Of a DNA stretch of 64,000 nucleotides, positions 26,167 to 35,587 are shown piece after piece. The notes beneath the pieces were generated by a model, which saw only the letters and a list, made by a program, of their open reading frames with translations, did no database searches and was not told the DNA's origin. The DNA comes from Thermoplasmata archaeon (lineage in GTDB: Archaea > Thermoplasmatota > Thermoplasmata > Lutacidiplasmatales > UBA184), in assembly GCA_028864975.1 (NCBI GenBank), contig JAGWLG010000001.1:154980-218979 (forward strand). Direction: 5' to 3'. The position numbers and the translations under genes were made by a program. Each line of letters begins with the position of its first letter. The first letter of the stretch is position 1.

Positions 26167-27870
26167 TCAGCGAACCCCCGTGATATCTCCGAGGTCCGAA
26201 AGATCAACGTCCAGGGCCGCGGGGAGCCGTGGCAGTCCCGGCATGAGCGATATCTGCCCTGTCGTTGCGACGAGATAGCCCGCACCCGTACGAGGGAGCA
26301 CGCGCCGGACCGCGATTCGATAGCCGCGAGGACGTCCGCGGACATGAGGGTCGTCAGAAAGCGAGAGCTGGGTCTTGGCGACGCAGACCGGCAGCCCTCC
26401 GAGACCCATCGCGCGCACCTCGTCGAGGTCGCTCTTGGCCTCCGGAGAGAGGTCCACCCCGTCGGCCCCGTAGATCTCACGCGCGAGGACCGTGAGTTTC
26501 TCCTCGGCGTCGAGCGAGGGGGGAAGGAGCGGACGGCCGGTCCGGCCCTTCCGGGTCGCCTCCAAGACCCGCTCGGCCAATTCGAGCGCCCCTGAGCCCC
26601 CCTTCTCGTAAGCCACGGACTCGGCGAAGCTCGCCCCGCGATCATCGCAGAACCTGGCGACCTCTCGCACCTCTTCGGGACGGTCTCCCGGGAAACGGTT
26701 CAGGGCGACCACCGCAGAGAGCCCCAGCTTCTCCACGTTCTCGAGATGCTTCTCGAGGTTGGGCAATCCCGCGCGCACGGCTGTGAGGTTCGGCTCGAGG
26801 GGTCGATCGGGATCACCTCCCCCGTGCGAACGAAGCGCGGGAAGGGTGACCACGATGACGGCAGCCTCGACCGGGAGGTGGCCCAGCGGGCTCACCAGGT
26901 CCATGAACTTCTCCGCCCCCAGGTCGGATCCGAAGCCGGTCTCGACAAGACATACGTCCGAGAGCGCGCGGGCCATCCTGATCGAAAGGAGGCTCGCCGT
27001 GCCGTGGGCGATGTTCGCAAAGGGACCGGTGTGAACGAACGCGGGAGACCCTTCCGATGTCTGGACCAGGTTCGGTTGGAAGGCGTCCCGAAGCAGGGCC
27101 AGCATCGCCCCCTGCGCACGTAGGTCCCTCGCAAAGAAGGGGCCTCGTCCCTTGAGGCGTCCTACGAGGATCCTCCCGAGTCGCTCGCGAAGGTCCTGGT
27201 GGTCCCCAGCAAGCCCCAGGACCGCCATCACCTCCGAAGCCGCCGTGATCACGAAGTTCTCTTCTCTCTCGGGACCGCTCCCCGGGCCGGCGCCCATCCC
27301 GATCCGAAGGTGGCGTAACGCACGGTCGTCGAGGTCCATGGTCCGCGGCCAATCGATGCGCTTGGGATCCAGGGGAGGGTCGAGCTGGTGGTGGAGATGA
27401 TTGTCGAGGAGGGCCGAGAGAAGGTTGTGGGCCGAGGCGACAGCAGAGGCATCCCCCGGGAATCCGAGGTTGATTTCCGCGGAGGGCTCAACGGTCGCTC
27501 GCCCGCCGCCTGCGCCACCCCCCTTGAGGCCGAGGGTGGGGCCCAGGGAAGGCTGCCGGAGACAAACGGTGGAACGGTAGCCCAAGGTGTGGAAGGCCAT
27601 GGCCAGGCCGATGGAGGTGACGGTCTTTCCTTCGCCGTGGCTCGTGGGCGTCATCGAGGTGACCAGGATGAGCTTCCCGCGGGATGTGGAGGAGCGTTCG
27701 AGCTCGGGAAGCAGTGTAGCGGGGACCTTCGCGCAGCCTCGGCCGTACGGGACGATCCTCTGCGGATCCAGGCCGAGATCGAGGGCGACCTGGGCCATCG
27801 GGCGCAGCCCTGGCCGTGCTCCGCCCTCTCGCGGCGGCGTGCCTCGGAGGCGCTCGGAGGTGGTCATCAA
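26167..27870 (-). CDS. fhs: formate--tetrahydrofolate ligase
   Basis: TPTSHGEGKTVT, LRQPSLGP, KGGGAGGG, HTGPFANIAHG, CVAKTQLSLSDDP, LMPGLP. Confidence 0.96.
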   Translation of the reverse strand: MMTTSERLRGTPPREGGARPGLRPMAQVALDLGLDPQRIVPYGRGCAKVPATLLPELERSSTSRGKLILVTSMTPTSHGEGKTVTSIGLAMAFHTLGYRSTVCLRQPSLGPTLGLKGGGAGGGRATVEPSAEINLGFPGDASAVASAHNLLSALLDNHLHHQLDPPLDPKRIDWPRTMDLDDRALRHLRIGMGAGPGSGPEREENFVITAASEVMAVLGLAGDHQDLRERLGRILVGRLKGRGPFFARDLRAQGAMLALLRDAFQPNLVQTSEGSPAFVHTGPFANIAHGTASLLSIRMARALSDVCLVETGFGSDLGAEKFMDLVSPLGHLPVEAAVIVVTLPALRSHGGGDPDRPLEPNLTAVRAGLPNLEKHLENVEKLGLSAVVALNRFPGDRPEEVREVARFCDDRGASFAESVAYEKGGSGALELAERVLEATRKGRTGRPLLPPSLDAEEKLTVLAREIYGADGVDLSPEAKSDLDEVRAMGLGGLPVCVAKTQLSLSDDPHVRGRPRGYRIAVRRVLPRTGAGYLVATTGQISLMPGLPRLPAALDVDLSDLGDITGVR

Positions 27871-28706
27871 TGATCTCCGCTCGCGCGCCGTCCGTCCTTG
27901 GCGTCGATGGCTCCGACCAGCATCCGAGCCGCGGGGGGCGCGACCAGTGGCTGGGTCCTCTCCAGGAATCCGGTCACCTTGCCCCGGAGCTGCTGAAACT
28001 CCTCCAGCGCCGAATCCATCGTTTCACGCCAGGCCTTCAGCGAATCTTCCGTGACATGGAGGGGAAGACACGTGCGCGCGTAATCCTCCTCATAACCTTC
28101 CCACGAAAGCTCGGCGACCGCTTCGTTCCTGAGGTCAACGCCGAGAAGGTTCCGGTACATGGCAGGGCGCTCCTCGTACCCGGAGAGGAGGACGCGCACG
28201 GATGCCAGTCGTCGCTCTGCCCGCTCCGGCTCACCCTCGATAAGGGCCATCGGAAGGAAGCAGGCTTGGGCATGCTCCTCGGACATGCCCGCCACCGCGA
28301 ACTGCCGGATGTGCACGTCATGGAGCTTCAAGACGTATTCCTGCAGAAGGCCTAGACCTTCCCTAAGGATGGCGACGGGGACGTCCGAACCGGAGAGCAT
28401 GCGTTGTCCGATCTCTGCGAACCGGTGTAGCAGGGGCTCAAGGATCCGCGAGCGCTCCTCGCGCAGTTCTTGCTGAAGCACTCCGAGGAGGTTCCCGACC
28501 GGCAACTTCGTCTCGCCCGCGCGCTTCGCCGTCGGAAGGCTCCGACGGCTCCTTCGTCGTGTCCGTAAGATACGTTGTTCGAGCCTGGGGAAAGGACGGA
28601 AGCGGTGTTCAGGGGACCGGAGCGCTGTTGCGTTGTCCACCAACTCGGAGGGATGCGGTTTCTTTCCTGACTGGACGTCCCCGGTCGGGAGCACATCGTC
28701 GTTCAT
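27867..28706 (-). CDS. helical protein, degenerate hemerythrin-like domain
   Basis: LQEYVLKLHDVH and YEEDYARTCLP resemble hemerythrin helices, but most His/Glu ligands are missing. Confidence 0.5.
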   Translation of the reverse strand: MNDDVLPTGDVQSGKKPHPSELVDNATALRSPEHRFRPFPRLEQRILRTRRRSRRSLPTAKRAGETKLPVGNLLGVLQQELREERSRILEPLLHRFAEIGQRMLSGSDVPVAILREGLGLLQEYVLKLHDVHIRQFAVAGMSEEHAQACFLPMALIEGEPERAERRLASVRVLLSGYEERPAMYRNLLGVDLRNEAVAELSWEGYEEDYARTCLPLHVTEDSLKAWRETMDSALEEFQQLRGKVTGFLERTQPLVAPPAARMLVGAIDAKDGRRASGDH

Positions 28707-28731
28707 GGGGGCCGCTCCCTTAGGCCAGAAA

Positions 28732-29397
28732 CTAGTCCGCGGAGGGTCCGATCTCCGACGCCCACTCGAGGACCAGGATCTCGGCGGGGATGGAAGGAAC
28801 AGCTTGAGAACGCATCTTCCGGAGCAGTCGCAGTTGTTCGTCCTTCGAAAGCCACTCGCTGAGGTGGACATGGAGCAGTTCTTCCTCGCGTCCTAGATGT
28901 CGCTCGATCCGATCCGCCTCGGCCCGGAAAAGGTGGGCGAGCTCGGAAGCACGAGCCGGGGAGACCAGCCGGTCCGGCTCGTCGTCGGGGATGGAGAGCT
29001 CAGAGACCCGCTTCTGGAACAGGCGGGCCCTCGGATGTTCCGCCTGGCACTCCAAGAGGCCATCGAAGATGCGGGGGTCGGTCTTCGGCTGGAGCACCGC
29101 GTTCACGAGCTCCTCCTGCGCGTAGTGGAAACCGAGCACGTAATCCCCGTGGATCTCCACAGCGCGCCGGATGGCTTGACGGCTCAATCCCAGCTCCGCG
29201 GGGATACGGTCCGCCGTTCGCCGGATGCAACTGGCGAGCAGGACCATGAGGGTGTTCTGTCGGTAGAGCTCGAACGCCAGGTCGCTCGAGGAGGAGAGCA
29301 GGGGTGGACGCACGGCACGTCGGTAGGGCGGAGGCAGGGACGCGACGCTGGATGGCTGCGCAAGGAGGGCGCCGGAGGGTGGACGCTCGGGGGTCAT
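28732..29397 (-). CDS. hemerythrin domain protein
   Basis: FHYAQEE, AEHPRAR, RHLGREEELL. Confidence 0.75.
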   Translation of the reverse strand: MTPERPPSGALLAQPSSVASLPPPYRRAVRPPLLSSSSDLAFELYRQNTLMVLLASCIRRTADRIPAELGLSRQAIRRAVEIHGDYVLGFHYAQEELVNAVLQPKTDPRIFDGLLECQAEHPRARLFQKRVSELSIPDDEPDRLVSPARASELAHLFRAEADRIERHLGREEELLHVHLSEWLSKDEQLRLLRKMRSQAVPSIPAEILVLEWASEIGPSAD

Positions 29398-29509
29398 GGG
29401 TGTCGAGGGGCCGGAAGTGGATGTCAAAGGTCCGTGGAATCGAATCCACGTGGGAGACATCCTGCCGCCCCGGGAAGGGCCTCAAGGCTAGAAGGATCGC
29501 CCGCGGGCT

Positions 29510-31135
29510 TCAGATGGAGGGGCCACCACGCGCCGGGGCGCCGCCCCCCGAGCCGCCCTTCCCCGTCGACTTCGACGCAATGGTGTCGTTGACACGCAGC
29601 ACCATGACGGCCGCCTCGGTCGCGCTCAGGATCGCTTGGCGTCCGACCCTCACGGGCTCGACCGCCACGCCGGACATGTCCGCGATGCGAGCGGCGAGAA
29701 CGTCCACGCCGGCATCGTGCTCCCCGGCTCGGTGCCGACGCTTCAGTTCGATCAGCGCGCCGACCTTGTCCATCCCAGCGTTCTCTGCGAGGGTCATCGG
29801 GAGCACCTCGAGAGCGCCCGCGAAGGCATGGACGGCCATTTGTTCACGGCCTCCGAGGGTGTTCGCGTAGTCCCGAAGGTCGGAGGAGATCTCCACCGCG
29901 GAAGCGCCAGCCCCAGTCACCACCGCGCCGTCTTCGAGCGCGAGTCCCACCGTGGAAATGGCGTCAACGAGCGAGCGCTCGGCTTCGTCCACCACGTGCT
30001 CGGTCCCCCCGCGGACCAGCAGGCTCACGGCCCTGGCGTTCCGGCATCCCAGAACGAAGGTCATGCGGTCCTCGCCCACCTTGCGCTCTTCCACGAGGGC
30101 CGCGTGCCCCAGGGCCCCGGGCTCGAGTTCCGCCCATCGGCTCACAAGGTCTCCCCCCGTGGCCTTCGAGAGCAGCTCCAGGTCCGACCGCTTGATCCTG
30201 CTCACCGCGAGCACCTTGTTACGCGCGAGATAGAGCTGGGCCGCGTCGTCGATGCCCTTCTCGCAAAGCACGACATTCGCGCCAGATCGAAGGACCTGAT
30301 CGACCATCTCCCGGACCATACGGTCCTCCTCTGAGAGATAGGCCTCGATCTCGTTCGGGGCGGTGATGCGGACCTCGGTCGTCGTTTCCGCCTTACGCAC
30401 CTCGAGCGCGGACTCCATGAGCGCGATGCGCGCATCTTGGATCCTACGTGGCATCCCAGGATGAGCTACGTCCTTGTCCAGGATGAGCCCCTCGACAAGC
30501 TCGGTGTCCGCAAGATCGCCCCCCTGCTTCTTCACGAGCTGGATGTTCTTGCGGTCGCACCGAAGCCTTCCGCCCTCCTTTTCGACCACAGCGCGGACCG
30601 CGCGAACGGTGAGCACGGAAAGGAAGGAACGGTCCGCGGAGACCCCCTTGGACATCATCGAGGTCATGGCCACCTTGCGCAGGGCCTCGGTGTCGGCCGC
30701 CTCGAGGGTCCTCTGGCCTTGGGAGAGGACGCGGGTGGCACGGTCCGCGGCCAGTCGGTATCCTTGGGTGATGATCGTTGGGTGGATCCCCTGGTCCAGG
30801 AGCTCTTCCGCTGCCCGCAGGAGCTCTCCCGCAAGGATGACCGAGGTCTTCGTGCCGTCGCCGCACTCCTCGTCCTGGGTCTTCGCCACCTCGACCAACA
30901 TCTTCGCTGCGGGGTGTTCGACCTCCATGAACTTCAGGATGGTCGCCCCATCGTTCGTGATGACGATGTCACCGGAAGGTTGGACGAGCATCTTGTCCAT
31001 CCCTCTTGGACCGAGTGTCGTTCTCAAGGTCTCTGCGACAGAGCGGGCGGCCTCGATGTTCGCGTGCTGGGCGTCCTTTCCGGTCTCTCGGGTCGTCCCT
31101 TCTCGTAGTAGGATCACAGGGGTTCCGGCGAGCAT
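29510..31135 (-). CDS. ths: thermosome subunit (group II chaperonin)
   Basis: TLGPRGMDKML, ITNDGATIL, GDGTKT, RGGTEHVVDEAERSL. Confidence 0.96.
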   Translation of the reverse strand: MLAGTPVILLREGTTRETGKDAQHANIEAARSVAETLRTTLGPRGMDKMLVQPSGDIVITNDGATILKFMEVEHPAAKMLVEVAKTQDEECGDGTKTSVILAGELLRAAEELLDQGIHPTIITQGYRLAADRATRVLSQGQRTLEAADTEALRKVAMTSMMSKGVSADRSFLSVLTVRAVRAVVEKEGGRLRCDRKNIQLVKKQGGDLADTELVEGLILDKDVAHPGMPRRIQDARIALMESALEVRKAETTTEVRITAPNEIEAYLSEEDRMVREMVDQVLRSGANVVLCEKGIDDAAQLYLARNKVLAVSRIKRSDLELLSKATGGDLVSRWAELEPGALGHAALVEERKVGEDRMTFVLGCRNARAVSLLVRGGTEHVVDEAERSLVDAISTVGLALEDGAVVTGAGASAVEISSDLRDYANTLGGREQMAVHAFAGALEVLPMTLAENAGMDKVGALIELKRRHRAGEHDAGVDVLAARIADMSGVAVEPVRVGRQAILSATEAAVMVLRVNDTIASKSTGKGGSGGGAPARGGPSI

Positions 31136-31225
31136 CTTCGCGCCTCATGGCGGGATGGCCTCGCGTCCCGGATAAGGAGCCCGTCGAACCCGGTTCACGA
31201 AGCCGATGGGGCGGACCCGAGGTCC

Positions 31226-32158
31226 CTACGCGACGTAGGTGAGCCAGTCCTCATGGCGAGGGGAGCGGCCTCGAAGGCAGTCGTCGTAGGCGCCCTGCAG
31301 TCTCCGGGTGACGGGGTAGGACCCCTCGCCGATCGGTCGCCCATCCACCTCGCGGATAGGAGTGATCCCGGCAGCGGTGCCGCTGAAGAAGAGCTCGTCG
31401 GCCGTGAAGAGCTCCTCGCGGGTGAAATCTACGCGGCGGAACTCGATCCCTTCCTCCTGAGCGAGCTGAATGACGGTGTCGCGCGTAACCCCACGAAGTA
31501 TCCCTGAGCTGGCGGGGGGTGTGCTAAGCACCTTGTCCCGGACCCGGAAGACGTTCTCCCCTGGCCCCTCCGCGACCATGCCTGAGGAATTGAGCAGGAT
31601 CGCCTCGTCATAGCCTGAGGCGCTCGCCTCCATCTTGGCGAGAGCGCCGTTCGCGTAGTTGGCCGCGCACTTGGCCTGGGGAGGGAGCGACCGCGCATCG
31701 TTACGCACCCAGCTCGACACGGTGGCCCGGACTCCCTTCTCCTGCCCCTCCTTCCCCAGGTAGGCACCCCACTCCCACATCGCTACCGCCACTTGGATCG
31801 GACAGTTCGTGGGGTCGAGCCCCATCTCGCCGTAGCCTGAGAATGCGATGGGTCGGAGGTACGCCTCAGGGACGCCGTTTGCGCGAACCAAGTCCTTGCA
31901 GGCAACGTGCAGCTCTTCTGACGAGAAGGGGAGCTTCATACGATAGATCTTGGCGCTGTTGAGGAAGCGTTCGACATGCTCCCGCAGTCGGAAGATGGCA
32001 GGACCGTTCAGGGCACGGTGGCTTCGGATCCCCTCGAAAATGGCGTAGCCGTAGTGCAGACCGTGGGTGAGCACGTGCACCTTGGCGGCAGGCCACTCCA
32101 CGAGCCTGCCGTCCAGCCAGATCTTCTTGAGAGGATGGATCGCGACCACAGTTGGCAC
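31226..32158 (-). CDS. ilvE: branched-chain amino acid aminotransferase (fold type IV PLP)
   Basis: THGLHYGYAIFEG, AKCAANY, EGPGEN, ILRGVTR, ADELFFSGTAAGITP. Confidence 0.93.
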   Translation of the reverse strand: MPTVVAIHPLKKIWLDGRLVEWPAAKVHVLTHGLHYGYAIFEGIRSHRALNGPAIFRLREHVERFLNSAKIYRMKLPFSSEELHVACKDLVRANGVPEAYLRPIAFSGYGEMGLDPTNCPIQVAVAMWEWGAYLGKEGQEKGVRATVSSWVRNDARSLPPQAKCAANYANGALAKMEASASGYDEAILLNSSGMVAEGPGENVFRVRDKVLSTPPASSGILRGVTRDTVIQLAQEEGIEFRRVDFTREELFTADELFFSGTAAGITPIREVDGRPIGEGSYPVTRRLQGAYDDCLRGRSPRHEDWLTYVA

Positions 32159-32237
32159 CTGGGACCCCCGCCCCTTAAACTCGCGGTCAAGCACCCCACA
32201 CCATCGGCTCATCTTTCCTAGGCGCAGAGGGACTTCC

Positions 32238-33602
32238 ATGTGCGCCGAGCGAGTGGTGATCATGGGCGCGGCGGGCCGGGACTTCCACAATTTCAACACG
32301 CTCTTCCGGGGTCGCCGCCAGTACGAGGTTGTCGCCTTCACCGCCGCTCAGATCCCGAACATCACGGGACGGTGCTACCCGGCCAGCTTGGCAGGACCGG
32401 GGTATCCGGAAGGCATCCCCATCGTCCCGGAGGAGGAGCTTCCCGGTTTGGTGCATCGAGAAGGTGTGGACCTCGTCGTCCTCTCTTACTCGGACCTGCG
32501 GCATGAGTCGGTCATGCACCAAGCCTCCATCGCACTCGCCGCCGGGGGGAGTTTCCTCCTGCCTGGTCCTCGCCAGACCATGCTCCGGTCGAGACTTCCA
32601 GTGATCAGTGTCGGGGCGGTGCGGACGGGTTGTGGGAAGAGTCCCGTGAGCCGGTTCATCTCGCGGTTGCTCGCCTGGCACGGGCTCCGGGTGGCCGTCG
32701 TCCGCCACCCCATGCCCTATGGCGACTTGGAGAAACAGGCCGTCCAACGATTCTCGAAGATCGGTGACCTTGCTCGCGCGCACTGCACGATCGAAGAGCG
32801 AGAAGAGTACGAGCCCCACATCCGAGAGGGCTCGGTGGTCTGGGCCGGAGTGGATTACGAGGAGATCCTGCGCCGCGCCGAGCGGGAGTCCGACGTCATC
32901 CTTTGGGATGGAGGGAACAACGACCTCCCCTTCTTCGCCCCCGACCTCAACATCGTCCTGGCGGACCCGCTGCGGGCAGGGCACGAGGTTGCCTACCATC
33001 CCGGAGAAGCGAACTTCCGGATGGCCGACGTTCTTATCGTGAACAAGGTCGGATCCGCTGAACCTCGCGCGATCGCCCTGGTCGAGCGTCACGCCGCGGC
33101 GCTCAATCCCCGGGCGAGGTTGATCCGCGGGGACCTCAAGATCCGGGCTCGAGGAGCAGAGCGGCTTCGCGGAAAGAGGGTCATGGTCGTGGAGGACGGC
33201 CCGACCGTGACCCACGGAGGGATGGATTACGGCGCGGGGTGGCTCTTGGCAAGGTCGGTCGGAGCGCGTCCCGTCGACCCGCGTCGCTCTGCGGCAGGGA
33301 GTCTCATCCCGGTTCTCCGTGCGCATCCCCGCCTCCGACGCGTGCTCCCGGCCATGGGATACTCTCTGGAGCAAGTGCACGACCTCGAGGAGACCATACG
33401 CCGCTCGAACGCCGAGGCCGTGGTGGACGGAAGCCCGGTTGATCTGGGCCGAATTCTTCGAGTTCCGCAGCCGATCGTCCCCGTGAAGTATGAGTACGAG
33501 GATATGGGAGGACAGCTCGCAGAAACGGTGCAAGGGTTCCTGCGGAGAAGCGGTCTTCTCAGCCGAGAGGTTCCCTCGGCCATCCCTCTCCCCGCCCGCT
33601 AA
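32238..33602 (+). CDS. COG2403 P-loop protein, probable arginine synthetase ArcE-like (often labelled cyclic 2,3-DPG synthase/GTPase)
   Basis: MGAAGRDFHNFN, AVRTGCGKS, RHPMPYGDL, CTIEEREEYE, WDGGNND, VEDGPTVTHGGM. Confidence 0.7.
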   Translation: MCAERVVIMGAAGRDFHNFNTLFRGRRQYEVVAFTAAQIPNITGRCYPASLAGPGYPEGIPIVPEEELPGLVHREGVDLVVLSYSDLRHESVMHQASIALAAGGSFLLPGPRQTMLRSRLPVISVGAVRTGCGKSPVSRFISRLLAWHGLRVAVVRHPMPYGDLEKQAVQRFSKIGDLARAHCTIEEREEYEPHIREGSVVWAGVDYEEILRRAERESDVILWDGGNNDLPFFAPDLNIVLADPLRAGHEVAYHPGEANFRMADVLIVNKVGSAEPRAIALVERHAAALNPRARLIRGDLKIRARGAERLRGKRVMVVEDGPTVTHGGMDYGAGWLLARSVGARPVDPRRSAAGSLIPVLRAHPRLRRVLPAMGYSLEQVHDLEETIRRSNAEAVVDGSPVDLGRILRVPQPIVPVKYEYEDMGGQLAETVQGFLRRSGLLSREVPSAIPLPAR

Positions 33603-33722
33603 GGTCTAGCGCTCCGCCCCGCGCGATAGGAGCGTTGCTGTTCGCGGGCTTCCTCCGGAGGGTGCGGGGTGAAACGCGGTCCACGGAGAGGTTACTCCCC
33701 TGCGGGCGGCTGCCGCGGTCGT

Positions 33723-34202
33723 ATGCAGCAGCTCGCCCCCCCTCCGGGGGTCCTGGTCTCGCACGCCATGACCGAACAGGTCGTGACCGTGCGGCCGGAC
33801 GCCACGCTCTGGGACGCCACGCGTCTGCTGCGGGAGGCCGATATCTCCGGGCTCCCGGTGGTGGACCGGTCCGGTCGGCTCGTTGGGATCCTCAGCGAGA
33901 AGGACATCGCGCGCGCGGTGGGCGAGGTCGCCGGTCAGAGGAATGTGAGCCGGTTGCTCGACCTCCTCGTCTCGGGGAGGGGTACCGGGGGGAACCTCGG
34001 CGACCTCGCATCCGAGCTCCTCCAGAACACCAAGGTGTCAGAAGTGATGAATCACGACCCGGTCGTGACCTCTCCTTCGACCCCGCTCGACACCGCGGCG
34101 AAGATCCTGTTGGAACGGCATATCAATCGGCTTCCGGTGGTGAAGGGCGGCCACCTCGTGGGGATCCTCACCCGGCATGACATCCTTGCCTCCTCGGTCT
34201 GA
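33723..34202 (+). CDS. CBS domain protein
   Basis: ISGLPVVD...GILSEKDIA; INRLPVVKGGHLVGILTRHD. Confidence 0.9.
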   Translation: MQQLAPPPGVLVSHAMTEQVVTVRPDATLWDATRLLREADISGLPVVDRSGRLVGILSEKDIARAVGEVAGQRNVSRLLDLLVSGRGTGGNLGDLASELLQNTKVSEVMNHDPVVTSPSTPLDTAAKILLERHINRLPVVKGGHLVGILTRHDILASSV

Positions 34203-34396
34203 GCCTTCTCGCTCCGGGGCGTGGAGATCGCACTGTCGTCACGGTGATCCCATGGGTCAGCCGATGACATGGTGGAATCAAATCGACCGAGCCAACTAAT
34301 CGAGCCCCGGCGTACACCCAGCGAGATCCCATGCAAGCCCGGAGCCGTCTATCGGCGGTCCACACAGAGCTAGGCTACGCCCAACATGAGCTCCCA

Positions 34397-34780
34397 ATGG
34401 GAGAGTTCGAGGACCTTTCGCGCCCACGGGCGACCATAAGACTGGAGGCGGACGGGGTCATCGAGCACTTCGAGAAGAGAAAGGCCCTTCGACCGTCCGA
34501 CGAACCTGAGGATCCGCTCGGCCGCAAGGTTCTTTTCATCTGCAAGGAGCGTCCGAAGTACGCTGTCCACACCCTGCTGGCCCCCCAGGTCCCGCAGGAG
34601 CGCTGGAAGGCGTGGCTCGACCGATACGAAGTGTGGGCCGAGCTGGTGGAGGTCCATCCTGAGTTCGGCCACCGAGACGCACGTGGTCGGCGGGTTCAGG
34701 TGAAGCACCACGAGCCTGTGTCGGTGGAGGTCAGGACGGGGACGCTAGAGGCCAAGGACGCCTCTACGGCGTTCGGTTAG
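34397..34780 (+). CDS. hypothetical protein
   Basis: 127 aa ORF filling the gap between convergent genes, with coding-like codon use. Confidence 0.55.
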   Translation: MGEFEDLSRPRATIRLEADGVIEHFEKRKALRPSDEPEDPLGRKVLFICKERPKYAVHTLLAPQVPQERWKAWLDRYEVWAELVEVHPEFGHRDARGRRVQVKHHEPVSVEVRTGTLEAKDASTAFG

Positions 34781-34855
34781 ACCCCGTGGCCGAATGCTCC
34801 CCCCTTGGCCGCTCCCTGTTCCTTGTGCGCCCGGACGCGCGCTCCACACTAGCGG

Positions 34856-35587
34856 TCAGACGCTCTGCGGGGTCACGCGCGACCCCCGGAGGTGAATGTC
34901 GAACCAGCCTCGTGTGCGTCGTTCGACCTCTTCCATGGCCCCCGGTTCCTCGAAGAGGTGGGTCGCGCGTGGGACGATCACGAGCTCGCTCGAGGACGGT
35001 AGGGTCCGGAGCGTTGCGCGGTTCACTTCGACAATGCTCTCGTCACGCTCTCCGACGATGAGGAGGGTGGGAGCCCGGACACGCTGAACAAGCTCCTCGG
35101 GGGCAAGATCGGTCCGTCCACCGCGCAGGACCATGGCCGAGACCTCGAGCGGAAAGGCGGCCGCCCCGCGAAGAGCGGCCGCAGCTCCTGTGCTTGCACC
35201 GTACAACCCCAAGGGAAGCCGGGAGAGTCGGGGCTGTTCGGAGGACCAAGTTATCGCCCGGACCAGCCGCTCGGTGAGAAGCCGAAGGTCGAACCGGAAG
35301 TTCGCCAATCTCTCATCTTCCTTGGCCTCTTCCGGGGTTAGCAGGTCGAGGAGGAGAGTTGCGATGCGCACCCGGTTGAGCGCGAGCGCGACCCTCCGGT
35401 TCCGAGGGCTCTTCCGCCCGCTCCCGCTCCCATGAGCGAAGATCACGAGTCCCCTGGAACTTCGCGGCACGGCCAGGTCCGCGAGAATGTTGCGCCCCGG
35501 AAGGACGGTGATCCGCACGGGCTCAGGATCCGCCATCGGAGGGGGAACGAGCAAGGCTCCCAGGTTTGGACGAGCGGCATCAGCCAT
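34856..35587 (-). CDS. dienelactone hydrolase-like alpha/beta hydrolase
   Basis: FAHGSGSGRKSPRN, GLYGASTGAAAAL (nucleophile elbow), LLIVGERD, ATHLFEEPG. Confidence 0.88.
   Translation of the reverse strand: MADAARPNLGALLVPPPMADPEPVRITVLPGRNILADLAVPRSSRGLVIFAHGSGSGRKSPRNRRVALALNRVRIATLLLDLLTPEEAKEDERLANFRFDLRLLTERLVRAITWSSEQPRLSRLPLGLYGASTGAAAALRGAAAFPLEVSAMVLRGGRTDLAPEELVQRVRAPTLLIVGERDESIVEVNRATLRTLPSSSELVIVPRATHLFEEPGAMEEVERRTRGWFDIHLRGSRVTPQSV

Noticed and set aside
29510-31135. GDGTKT instead of GDGTTT as a sign of an inactive chaperonin
   Set aside because: The DGTKT variant occurs in functional archaeal thermosome subunits
32238-33602. Cyclic 2,3-diphosphoglycerate synthase label
   Set aside because: A common automatic label for this family; no 2-phosphoglycerate kinase nearby, and the N-terminal GAAGRDFHNFN pattern fits the ArcE-like group as I recall it
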